In this document: in pieces, positions 1-7,204 of the stretch | Position numbering within the stretch: position 1 is the stretch's first letter | How the letters are laid out: each line of letters opens with the position of its first letter | Notes under the pieces: model-generated | Seen by the model: the letters and a program-made list of their open reading frames with translations, nothing else | Told to the model about the DNA's origin: nothing | Databases searched by the model: none | NCBI GenBank assembly: GCA_026014495.1 | Contig: JAOZIF010000047.1 | Span: 1-11,453 of the forward strand | From: Candidatus Bathyarchaeum sp. | GTDB taxonomy: Archaea > Thermoproteota > Bathyarchaeia > Bathyarchaeales > Bathyarchaeaceae | Direction of reading: 5' to 3' | Length of the DNA: 11,453 nt | Translations under genes and position numbers: made by a program

Positions 1-42
1 AACAGAGATTGGTCTATATTCAATTTTACCTGATTCTGCCAA
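1..42 (-). CDS. 5' end of a CDS running off the left edge (MAESGKIEYRPISV...), possibly an archaeal PhoU/TrkA-C domain protein
   Basis: Manual translation: TTG at 42-40, open to position 1, with purine-rich AAGGAAG upstream on the minus strand. The IEYRPISV motif resembles N-termini I recall for archaeal PhoU/TrkA-C proteins. Only 14 codons are visible. Confidence 0.35.
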   Translation of the reverse strand, partial: MAESGKIEYRPISV

Positions 43-151
43 GCAGAGAAAACTTCCTTAACTCAGTTTTATTACACGCTATCAATTTACCGCGTCGATA
101 CTATATGACAAACTGCAATCTTTTAATTTTATCGTAATAATCCGCTTCGTT

Positions 152-1420
152 CTACATGAGTAGCATAAGTATTAGTCCAGATGCTAAGGGGATTGATAAG
201 TTGTCGTTTATTGGGCTGGGGAGCCCTTCAATTAACATCCCAACTGCGGCGGCAATCAAGGCTCTAGCAGGGTCGACGAAAATCATGGCTCCTATAAATG
301 CACACATGAAACCCGCAATTGCTCCCTCTATGCTTTTTCCTTTATTTAATGGGACACTGGTTTTTCCAAACTTCACTCCGAATATGTGAGCGCTACCATC
401 GCCCAACGTGAGTACCGTGATTGCTATATAACATATTGGTTCTGGGAAAACAAGTAAAGAAATTGCGATGCCTAAAGCAAAATGGATTGGGGATGTTGCG
501 AATTCGTAGAGCTCGGTTTTTTTTGCGGCTCTCCAAGTTATTGATGAGAGCACTGGGATGTTGATTCCGCGAACTCGGGCAACCTCAGATGCGGTATAAA
601 GCAGGGCTACACAAAGTATCAAAGATGCTAACAGGACATTTCCGAGAACGTATATGCAAATGAAAGATGACAGGAAACTACCTGTGTGAATTATTTCTCT
701 GAGCCCTCTGCTTCTTGACAGTTTATGTTGGGATGCTGGTGTGGGTTCTCCTGTTATTGGCGGCAAAATTTCTGTTAGTGAGCCTCTTGTTACAAAGTCT
801 GATTTGGCGGTTAGAACAAAATCGGGGTTATACCCTATCCGTAACTTGCATAGGGGAAACATTGGCAAGTTGTTTCTGTCATCAGCAACCATGACACAAT
901 CTTTTGGGGTTAACCCTTCCTTGTCAAGAATATTTTGTAAAACAACAGCTTTGCCTCCACGTTTTATCACGTCTCCTTTTACGACTCCTGTTAAACGCCC
1001 ATCCACTATCTCCAGCTCGAACCCATAAGCATAGTTTACATGCAGTCTTGTGGCCAAGTCTTCTACTGCTTGGATGGGAAGACCTGAACTAATTAGTGCT
1101 GTCCTGTATCCTTTATTGCTTAATGTTTTGAAGACTTCTTCAGTGCCGGGCATCAAGGGTATTCGCTTGTGGAGTTCCAAAACCTCTTGTGCTCTAAGTC
1201 CTTTGAGCGCCAAAAATATTCTTTTTAGCGCAGATTCAAGTGATAATACCCCCGCCTCATAGAGTAGCCCTATTGCAAGGATTCGTATGAAACCCAAAAA
1301 ACTCACCTTGCGTGATATTTCAAAAAGTATGTACCTGTTCTTTGGTATCAGAATTCCTTCTACATCAAAGACAACCAAACGCTTGGTTCCCTGCTCTGCA
1401 TCTTTTACATCCGCTACCAT
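152..1420 (-). CDS. HAD-superfamily (SerB/ThrH-like) phosphatase fused to a C-terminal CTP-dependent polyprenol/dolichol/phytol kinase-like (cytidylyltransferase family) membrane domain
   Basis: N-terminal HAD motifs: FDVEG, LISSG, K in GGKAVV, VADDRNN. C-terminal multi-TM domain carries REIIH, GDGSAHIFG, KSIEG and NDN motifs of the SEC59/VTE5-like kinases. Start moved from 1489 to ATG 1420 (MVADVKD, 422 aa), which is preceded by the purine-rich GGGAAGAGG. Confidence 0.85.
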   Translation of the reverse strand: MVADVKDAEQGTKRLVVFDVEGILIPKNRYILFEISRKVSFLGFIRILAIGLLYEAGVLSLESALKRIFLALKGLRAQEVLELHKRIPLMPGTEEVFKTLSNKGYRTALISSGLPIQAVEDLATRLHVNYAYGFELEIVDGRLTGVVKGDVIKRGGKAVVLQNILDKEGLTPKDCVMVADDRNNLPMFPLCKLRIGYNPDFVLTAKSDFVTRGSLTEILPPITGEPTPASQHKLSRSRGLREIIHTGSFLSSFICIYVLGNVLLASLILCVALLYTASEVARVRGINIPVLSSITWRAAKKTELYEFATSPIHFALGIAISLLVFPEPICYIAITVLTLGDGSAHIFGVKFGKTSVPLNKGKSIEGAIAGFMCAFIGAMIFVDPARALIAAAVGMLIEGLPSPINDNLSIPLASGLILMLLM

Positions 1421-1515
1421 CAGCGTTTTCCTCTTCCCACTATTGGCTTGATTTGATTGAAGAGTTTTCCGTAAACAGAACACTAACAACTAACATCGAT
1501 AACTGCATTACAAAC

Positions 1516-1530
1516 ATATACTTAAATTAA
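1516..1530 (-). promoter_or_regulatory. Candidate TATA-like element for the HAD/kinase gene
   Basis: Minus strand reads TTAATTTAAGTATAT in the AT-rich gap about 100 nt upstream of ATG 1420. Confidence 0.3.
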
Positions 1531-1564
1531 CAAAAACTGGAAGCCTCATTTACCTAACAATTAC

Positions 1565-1582
1565 AAAAAAAGAGAAGGAAAG
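1565..1582 (-). terminator. Archaeal oligo-T terminator of the small secreted-peptide gene
   Basis: Pyrimidine tract ending in T7 (plus-strand A7 at 1565-1571) right after the stop codon at 1586. Confidence 0.55.
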
Positions 1583-1585
1583 ACG

Positions 1586-1777
1586 TTAAACGTCCTTGAA
1601 TCTTAGACGCGGTTCCTCTCTTGCCATGCCCTCTTCAGGAGCTTCACCAGGTCCATCACTGTATTCTTCGCTGTGGTCGATGTAGTTTTCGTCTGCCGAC
1701 ACACTAACAGTCATTATTGCACCGAACATGGTAGCACAAACCAGAAGCAATATTGCAATAGTTACCATTTTCTTCAT
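1586..1777 (-). CDS. Small secreted acidic protein (63 aa; signal peptide plus 35-aa acidic peptide)
   Basis: From ATG 1777: MKKMVTIAILLLVCATMFGAIMTVSVSA|DENYIDHSEEYSDGPGEAPEEGMAREEPRLRFKDV. Shows basic n-region, hydrophobic h-region and a VSA cleavage site. GAGGTTG RBS upstream and an oligo-T terminator downstream. Confidence 0.75.
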   Translation of the reverse strand: MKKMVTIAILLLVCATMFGAIMTVSVSADENYIDHSEEYSDGPGEAPEEGMAREEPRLRFKDV

Positions 1778-2031
1778 TTCAACAACCTCTACTGTTTTCA
1801 GTTTACGATATATATCGAGATTTGATATTAGGGATGCTGTGGAAAAAGCGTTCCAAAACATGAAACACCTGATGATTGTTGAACTTTGTGGGGGTTCTTT
1901 CTTTAGTGTTGTCTTTTTTGGTGATTGTTTGTCTGCTTTTTGTGTTTTGGTCTATTGTGTATTTGTGTAGCACTCCAACACAATAATATTTATTAAGAAT
2001 CAATATTCAAGATACAGATTAGGTGTAATAA

Positions 2032-2340
2032 ATGGTAAACGTAACAGGATACCACATTCTCTTCTACGGAAGCCCAACAGGATACCAAACAAACAGAGCA
2101 CAAATCAGTCTTTACAACAAAACCAAAGTAGTTGCATACGTTCGATTCAATGACCCTGGAATGACATTTGAAAACGACTATGTTTCAGGCGATATCATAA
2201 GAATGCATCTTCCCTCAACAATGTTCGAAAATGTAATAGATGTTCTGCGAAATGAAAAACCAATAAATGTCTATTTTGCCGCAAATCGCGGATTCCTTGG
2301 AACAGGGAAAGAGCCAGTGGGTGAAGAAGAAACACCCTAG
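2032..2340 (+). CDS. Hypothetical protein (102 aa, soluble, beta-rich appearance)
   Basis: ATG 2032 with AGGTGT RBS at 2021-2026, TTTATTAA TATA-like element at about 1989-1996, T-tract after the stop, globular composition. No family assigned with confidence. Confidence 0.8.
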   Translation: MVNVTGYHILFYGSPTGYQTNRAQISLYNKTKVVAYVRFNDPGMTFENDYVSGDIIRMHLPSTMFENVIDVLRNEKPINVYFAANRGFLGTGKEPVGEEETP

Positions 2341-2362
2341 CTCTCTTTTTTTATCATCTTTT
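2341..2362 (+). terminator. Oligo-T terminator
   Basis: CTCTCTTTTTTTATCATCTTTT immediately after the TAG at 2340. Confidence 0.55.
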
Positions 2363-2498
2363 ACGATGTGAAAGTGTTCAGATTATTTTTGTATTTGTTT
2401 GTTAATTCTATCGAGTCCGTTTTTTGGTTCCGTTGTCTTTAAGTACATTAGTTTCGTAAGGATTTTGTTGTGTTTGAGAAGTTTGCTGGAGGTGTGTT

Positions 2499-4199
2499 GT
2501 GTTCACTAAGTTTTTGGTTACTTCTGCGTGGCCTTACATCAATTATGTTCCACATTTGGGTAATATTGTGAGTTCTATTCTTTCTGCGGATGTTGTGGCT
2601 CGTTATTATAGGCTTAGGGGGCATGATGTTGTGTATGTGACTGGTTCTGATGAGCATGGAACGCCTATTGAAATAGAGGCTGTAAGGCAGAATATTTCTC
2701 CAAAAGAGTTGACGGACCGGAATCATGCGCAAATTTCTGGGCTCTTTGAGCGGTGGGGTATCTGGTTTAGTAATTATACGCGCACGGAAAATCCTGTGCA
2801 TACGAAGTTTGTGCATGATTTTTTGTTAAAAATTTATGAGAATGGTTACATTTTTACTCAGGAGACTGAGCAGCTTTATTGTCCAGTGTGTGACAGGTTT
2901 TTGCCTGACCGGTTTGTGGAGGGGACTTGTCCTAGTTGTGGGGATGGTGGTGCGCGTGGGGATCAGTGTGATGTTTGTGGGGCTCTTTTGGAGCCCACAA
3001 ATCTTGTGGCGCCTCGGTGTGCAATCTGTGATGCTAGTCCAGTTGTTGAGTTGAGAAAGCATTGGTACTTTGATTTGCCAAAGTTGAGCGAAAAGCTTCG
3101 GAATTACATCGAGAGTAACGAGAGTTTGCCTGATAATGCTCGGAACTTTACTTTGAACCTTCTGAAGGCTGGATTGAAGCCTAGGCCTGTTACTCGGGAT
3201 AATAAGTGGGGGATTTCGTCGCCTTTTCCTGGGTCTGAAGATAAAACAATCTATGTTTGGGTTGAAGCGGTTCTGGGTTACATTTCAGCTACTATCCAGT
3301 ATTTTAGGCGGTTGGGGCAGGAGGAGCGTTGGAAGGAGTATTGGTTTGACAAGAACGCAAGGACTCTTTATTTTATTGGAAAAGATAACATTCCGTTTCA
3401 CACTATTATTTTGCCTGCGTTGCTGTTGGCCACTCACGAACCTTACAACCTGCCTTGGACCGTTCACTCTACAGAGTTTTTGATGTTTGATGGTCAAGCA
3501 TTCTCCAAGAGCCGAAGAATAGGTGTCTGGATAGATGAGGCGCTAGAGTTGTTTCCTGCAGACTACTGGAGATACTCTTTGTTGTCTATACGTCCCGAAG
3601 TTAAGGACACAAACTTTTCATGGACAACTCTTCTAGAAAAGGTGAACTCTGACCTAAACGACACGCTAGGCAACTTTATACACCGAACTTTAACGTTCAT
3701 AAACAAACAATTCACAGGGACAGTGCCGCAGCCAAGCAGCCTTGACGAAAAGGATACGGCAACTCTGAAAGAAGCTAAAGAAATCGTGAACAAAACCTCA
3801 GAAAGCTTAGAGCAGTTTAAACTGCAAGAGGCTTTGCGTTACGCCATAAGCTTAAGTCACATGGGCAACAGGTACTTTAACGATAGAGAGCCATGGAAAA
3901 CCATTAAAGCAGACCGCCAGCAGGCAGCAAACACACTGTATGTTGCTGCACAAATCGTAAAACAGTTGGCAATAATTCTTGAGCCATTTATTCCCTTCAC
4001 CTCAGAGAAGCTCTGGATGCTCCTTAATCTGGAAGGTTCTGTTCATGAGCAAAATTGGAATGAAACAGAAAAAGAGTTGCCTCCAAACCACAAGATAAAC
4101 AAGGCAAAACCCCTGTTCAGCAAAATAGAGGATAACGAAGAGACACTTCAAGCTAAGTTGGAGGAAGCGAGAGCTAAACTAAAAAAAGCTAAAGTTTAG
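2499..4199 (+). CDS. metG: Methionine--tRNA ligase (short form, no C-terminal Trbp111-like domain)
   Basis: HIGH-type PHLGN, GSDEHGTP, four CxxC zinc-knuckle motifs (CPVC, CPSC, CDVC, CAIC), YVWVEA, FIGKDNIPFH, KMSKS-like AFSKS, anticodon-domain WKT. GTG start with GGAGGTG RBS at 2488-2494. Confidence 0.97.
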   Translation: MFTKFLVTSAWPYINYVPHLGNIVSSILSADVVARYYRLRGHDVVYVTGSDEHGTPIEIEAVRQNISPKELTDRNHAQISGLFERWGIWFSNYTRTENPVHTKFVHDFLLKIYENGYIFTQETEQLYCPVCDRFLPDRFVEGTCPSCGDGGARGDQCDVCGALLEPTNLVAPRCAICDASPVVELRKHWYFDLPKLSEKLRNYIESNESLPDNARNFTLNLLKAGLKPRPVTRDNKWGISSPFPGSEDKTIYVWVEAVLGYISATIQYFRRLGQEERWKEYWFDKNARTLYFIGKDNIPFHTIILPALLLATHEPYNLPWTVHSTEFLMFDGQAFSKSRRIGVWIDEALELFPADYWRYSLLSIRPEVKDTNFSWTTLLEKVNSDLNDTLGNFIHRTLTFINKQFTGTVPQPSSLDEKDTATLKEAKEIVNKTSESLEQFKLQEALRYAISLSHMGNRYFNDREPWKTIKADRQQAANTLYVAAQIVKQLAIILEPFIPFTSEKLWMLLNLEGSVHEQNWNETEKELPPNHKINKAKPLFSKIEDNEETLQAKLEEARAKLKKAKV

Positions 4200-4222
4200 A
4201 ACTGGCAGGATGAAGGGAAGAT

Positions 4223-4858
4223 TTGAGGCTGAAAATAGATTTTCACGTTCATACTTGTTATTCCCAAGATTCTTCCATATCTCTTAAGCAGGTTGTTTCT
4301 TTTGCCAAGAAGCGAGGGCTTGATGGTGTTGCGGTTACGGACCACAACACTGTCAAAGGTGCTTTAAAACTCAAGACAAAAGAGATTCTGATTGTTCCTG
4401 GAATAGAAGTGTCCACTTTGGAGGGGCATCTTCTTGGCATTAATGTGACCACGCCGATACCTGCAAAGCTGAGCATGGAAGAGACTATACATAAAATTCA
4501 TGATGCTGGAGGAATCGCTGTGGCACCTCACCCTTCGGCATTTTACAAGTCGCCGCCGAGCAGAAGTGTGAGTTGTTATGATGCGGTTGAGGTGATGAAT
4601 GCGTCTTCTGTTCCTTTTTCTGTTTTGACTTATTTTAGCAGAAGGTTTGCTGAACGTTTAGGTCTTCCGCAGACGGGTGGTAGTGATTCTCATTATGCGC
4701 CTGAGATTGGGTCAGCTTATACTGTTGTTGAATCTGATGCTGATGTTGATGAAATTGTATCCGCAATCAGGAAGGGTGCGGTGTTTGCTGCTGGAAGAGG
4801 TATACCTTGGAAAACTAGGTTGGAACGAACTATTTTGGGATTAAAAAGAAGACTTTGA
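4223..4858 (+). CDS. PHP-domain metal-dependent phosphoesterase
   Basis: Motifs DFHVHT, TDHN, GIEVS, GHLL, HP and GGSDSH. TTG start 23 nt after the metG stop, so probably co-transcribed. Confidence 0.92.
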   Translation: MRLKIDFHVHTCYSQDSSISLKQVVSFAKKRGLDGVAVTDHNTVKGALKLKTKEILIVPGIEVSTLEGHLLGINVTTPIPAKLSMEETIHKIHDAGGIAVAPHPSAFYKSPPSRSVSCYDAVEVMNASSVPFSVLTYFSRRFAERLGLPQTGGSDSHYAPEIGSAYTVVESDADVDEIVSAIRKGAVFAAGRGIPWKTRLERTILGLKRRL

Positions 4859-4872
4859 GAAAAATGGAGGTT

Positions 4873-5064
4873 TTATTCTTCCTTTTCTTCGAGTTGGTCT
4901 AGACCTAAGTCGATGTGGACTGGGAGTGCTGGTTCCGTGTATGGTTCTATGTCCATGAGGTCTAGTGTGGGGATTGCGGGAAATGTTTCTAGTGTGTCTA
5001 TTTTCATTTCTGAAATTTCCCTTGGGTGCTCGATTTTGATTAGTTTTTCTATGTTTCTAACCAT
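4873..5064 (-). CDS. Hypothetical acidic, Pro-rich protein (63 aa)
   Basis: ATG 5064 overlaps the upstream RHH gene by 8 nt (translational coupling) and has a purine-rich upstream sequence. 16 D/E, 6 K/R and 6 P of 63 residues. Confidence 0.6.
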   Translation of the reverse strand: MVRNIEKLIKIEHPREISEMKIDTLETFPAIPTLDLMDIEPYTEPALPVHIDLGLDQLEEKEE

Positions 5065-5212
5065 TTCTGCTTCTTCCCCAAGCCTCTATGCTGAGAAGGT
5101 CTCTAACTGCTGTGCGTATTGCTTCAGCTCTGTTTGGATAATATTTTTCGTCGACTAGGTTGTCTAGTGCCTGAATGTATGGCTCAGGTAGGTGGAGTGT
5201 AATCAGTTTCAT
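5057..5212 (-). CDS. Ribbon-helix-helix (CopG/Arc/MetJ) transcriptional regulator, CdrS-like (51 aa; not in the ORF track)
   Basis: Manual translation: MKLITLHLPEPYIQALDNLVDEKYYPNRAEAIRTAVRDLLSIEAWGRSRNG. Alternating beta-strand ITLHLP, helix, then PNRAEAIRTAVRDLL, matching the CdrS-type xPNRSEAIRxAxR pattern. GGAGA RBS upstream. Confidence 0.9.
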   Translation of the reverse strand: MKLITLHLPEPYIQALDNLVDEKYYPNRAEAIRTAVRDLLSIEAWGRSRNG

Positions 5213-5282
5213 TTTTATTATCTCCGTTGGGACAATTAACTAAGAACTGCTGTTTGCTTCTTATATGTCTTAATGTTAAGAA

Positions 5283-5303
5283 ACAAATATGATACAAATA
5301 TGA
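5283..5303. repeat. Perfect 10-bp direct repeat ACAAATATGA (11-bp period), candidate operator
   Basis: Copies at 5283-5292 and 5294-5303, in the divergent RHH/methylthiotransferase intergenic region. Confidence 0.7.
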
Positions 5304-5314
5304 ACGGGAAACGC

Positions 5315-5329
5315 TTTATAAGCTTTTGC
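5315..5329 (-). promoter_or_regulatory. BRE-TATA promoter candidate for the RHH operon
   Basis: Minus strand reads GCAAAAGC-TTATAAA: a purine-rich BRE-like element followed by a TATA box, pointing toward ATG 5212. Confidence 0.5.
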
Positions 5330-5466
5330 ATTGCTGTTGTTTTGCTGTGTCGCCTTCCTGTAAAAAAGCTACACCACACAATCTTATTGTTTCTCTCATA
5401 TGAATAAAACCGTATAACTCATATTATGCTTTTGTACCCGTGTGACTAAGACAGAGCTGAACCTTT

Positions 5467-6753
5467 ATGGCTGAAAAATCTAAACGAGTCTACGTCAAAA
5501 GTTTTGGGTGTTCAGCAAATCTTGCAGACGGGGAATTTATAGCAGGTTGTCTTTCAGAGGCTGGCTTTGAGCTTGTCAGTGACCCTGAAAATGCGGATGT
5601 TTTGGTTTACAATACGTGTGCGGTTAAATCTCCTACAGAAAACCGTATCATTGACATTTTGAAGAGGGTTCCAAAAGATAAGAGGTTAGTTGTGACAGGT
5701 TGTTTGCCTGTGATAAATTTTGAGCGCCTGAAGCGTGAGGTTGTGTTTGATGGGGTGACTGGTCCGGCGCCTGGGGAGTTGATTGTTGATGTTGTGGGTC
5801 GTGTGGTTGCTGGGGAGCGGATGGTTTGTTTAGATGATGTTTGGGATTCTGGTTTATGTCTTCCGCGGGTTCCTGTGAATCCTGTTGTGAGTGTTGTTCC
5901 GATTAATTATGGTTGTTTGGGTGAGTGTTCTTATTGTTGTGTTCATTTTGCTAGGGGGCGGCTGAGAAGCAATTCTGTTGATGCAATTGTTGAACAGGTT
6001 AAGAGAGATTTGTCTTTTGGCGCCAAGGAGGTGTGGTTGACTTCTCAGGATACGGCGTGTTATGGAAAGGACATTGGCGTTAGTCTTGTGGATTTGTTGA
6101 ATCAGGTCTGTGAGGTTGAGGGCGAGTTTTTTGTTCGTTTGGGGATGATGAATCCTGATCATGTGTTGGGTATGCTTGATGAGCTTGTTGAGGCTTACAG
6201 TTGTGAGAAGGTTTTCAAGTTTTTGCATTTGCCTGTTCAGAGTGGGGATGATGGGGTTCTTAGGCTTATGAATAGGCGTTACACTGTTGACGATTTTAGG
6301 TTGGTTGTTTTGGCTTTTAGAGAGAAGATTCCAATGTTGACTCTTTCAACAGATGTTATCTGTGGTTTTCCGGGAGAGAGCAAAGAGGCTTTTGAGAACA
6401 CAAAGAATCTAGTGGCTGAGGTTAAGCCTGACGTTGTTAATGTGTCAAAGTTTTTTTCTAGGCCCAAAACTCCTGCAGAAAAGTTGGTTCCTATTCCTTC
6501 AAAAGAGTTGAACCGCAGAAGCAAGGAGTTGTCAGCGTTGGTTAGGCGGATTTCTTTTGAGAAAAATAAAAGTTGGATTGGCTGGGAGGGTAGAGTGTTA
6601 ATTGATGAACTTGGTAAAGAAGGTTCTTGGATGGGAAGAAATTTTGCTTACAAGCCTGTTGTTGTGAAAACGGATGAGTCTTTGTTGGGTAGGTTTGTTT
6701 CGGTTCGTGTTGTTAGGGCGTTTTCTACGTATCTTGAAGCCCAGATAGTGTAG
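5467..6753 (+). CDS. mtaB: Archaeal MiaB-like radical-SAM tRNA methylthiotransferase (t6A37 methylthiotransferase, e-MtaB type)
   Basis: UPF0004 N-domain cysteines (FGCSAN, NTCAV, TGCL), radical-SAM CLGECSYC, SQDTACYG, HLPVQSG, TDVICGFPGE, and a C-terminal TRAM domain. Confidence 0.92.
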   Translation: MAEKSKRVYVKSFGCSANLADGEFIAGCLSEAGFELVSDPENADVLVYNTCAVKSPTENRIIDILKRVPKDKRLVVTGCLPVINFERLKREVVFDGVTGPAPGELIVDVVGRVVAGERMVCLDDVWDSGLCLPRVPVNPVVSVVPINYGCLGECSYCCVHFARGRLRSNSVDAIVEQVKRDLSFGAKEVWLTSQDTACYGKDIGVSLVDLLNQVCEVEGEFFVRLGMMNPDHVLGMLDELVEAYSCEKVFKFLHLPVQSGDDGVLRLMNRRYTVDDFRLVVLAFREKIPMLTLSTDVICGFPGESKEAFENTKNLVAEVKPDVVNVSKFFSRPKTPAEKLVPIPSKELNRRSKELSALVRRISFEKNKSWIGWEGRVLIDELGKEGSWMGRNFAYKPVVVKTDESLLGRFVSVRVVRAFSTYLEAQIV

Positions 6754-6755
6754 AG

Positions 6756-7040
6756 TTAGCCTCCGCCTACTGGAGGAAGAATCGCGACTGTGTCTCCGTT
6801 TTGTAGTGTTGTGTCAAATCCTTGTATGTTGTTGATGTTTTTGCCGTTTACAAGAAACGATAAAAACTCTTGCACGTTTCCTTTTTTGTTGTAGATATAT
6901 TCTCTGAACTCTTTGCCATATTTTTCACAGAGCAACGTAACAAGCTCGTCAATAGTGATTGTGTTTTGCAGTTGGATTTCGTCTACTTTTTTGCCTGTTA
7001 TTTCTCGCAGGGAAGTGAAAAACTTGACTTCGACTTTCAT
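6756..7040 (-). CDS. Ubiquitin-like small archaeal modifier / MoaD-family sulfur carrier (SAMP1-like)
   Basis: Beta-grasp pattern (VKFFTSLREITG...LVNGKNI...TLQNGDTVAILPPVGGG) with C-terminal di-glycine. Confidence 0.92.
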   Translation of the reverse strand: MKVEVKFFTSLREITGKKVDEIQLQNTITIDELVTLLCEKYGKEFREYIYNKKGNVQEFLSFLVNGKNINNIQGFDTTLQNGDTVAILPPVGGG

Positions 7041-7143
7041 TTATGTTCTGTTACTTTATTTTTCGGGGTGAAATTTATTCTATTCTCTGCCTTCTCTTTG
7101 TTGTTATTGTTGGTTTAGACTAAACTATACTGGCTTTTAGTCG

Positions 7144-7157
7144 ATTAAACTTAAATA
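7144..7157 (+). promoter_or_regulatory. TATA element of the tRNA-Asn gene
   Basis: ATTAAAC-TTAAATA about 48 nt upstream of the mature tRNA 5' end, typical of archaeal stable-RNA promoters. Confidence 0.55.
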
Positions 7158-7204
7158 GCGCCACAAATTCGTAGAATAGAGTCATCACTTGGTTTGTTGA
7201 TTGA

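Noticed and set aside
1421-1489. ORF-track N-terminal extension of the HAD/kinase gene (MLVFCLRK...)
   Set aside because: The RBS-like sequence precedes ATG 1420, and the extension is non-domain sequence in an intergenic-looking region.
1869-1930. C/D-box sRNA starting at TGATGA
   Set aside because: No properly spaced downstream CTGA D box or terminal stem found.
1778-2003. Longer start (1861) for the secreted peptide, and ORFs 1728..1970 (+) and 1803..2003 (-)
   Set aside because: The signal peptide and RBS point to ATG 1777. The other ORFs are low-complexity translations of GT-skewed intergenic DNA or antisense overlaps.
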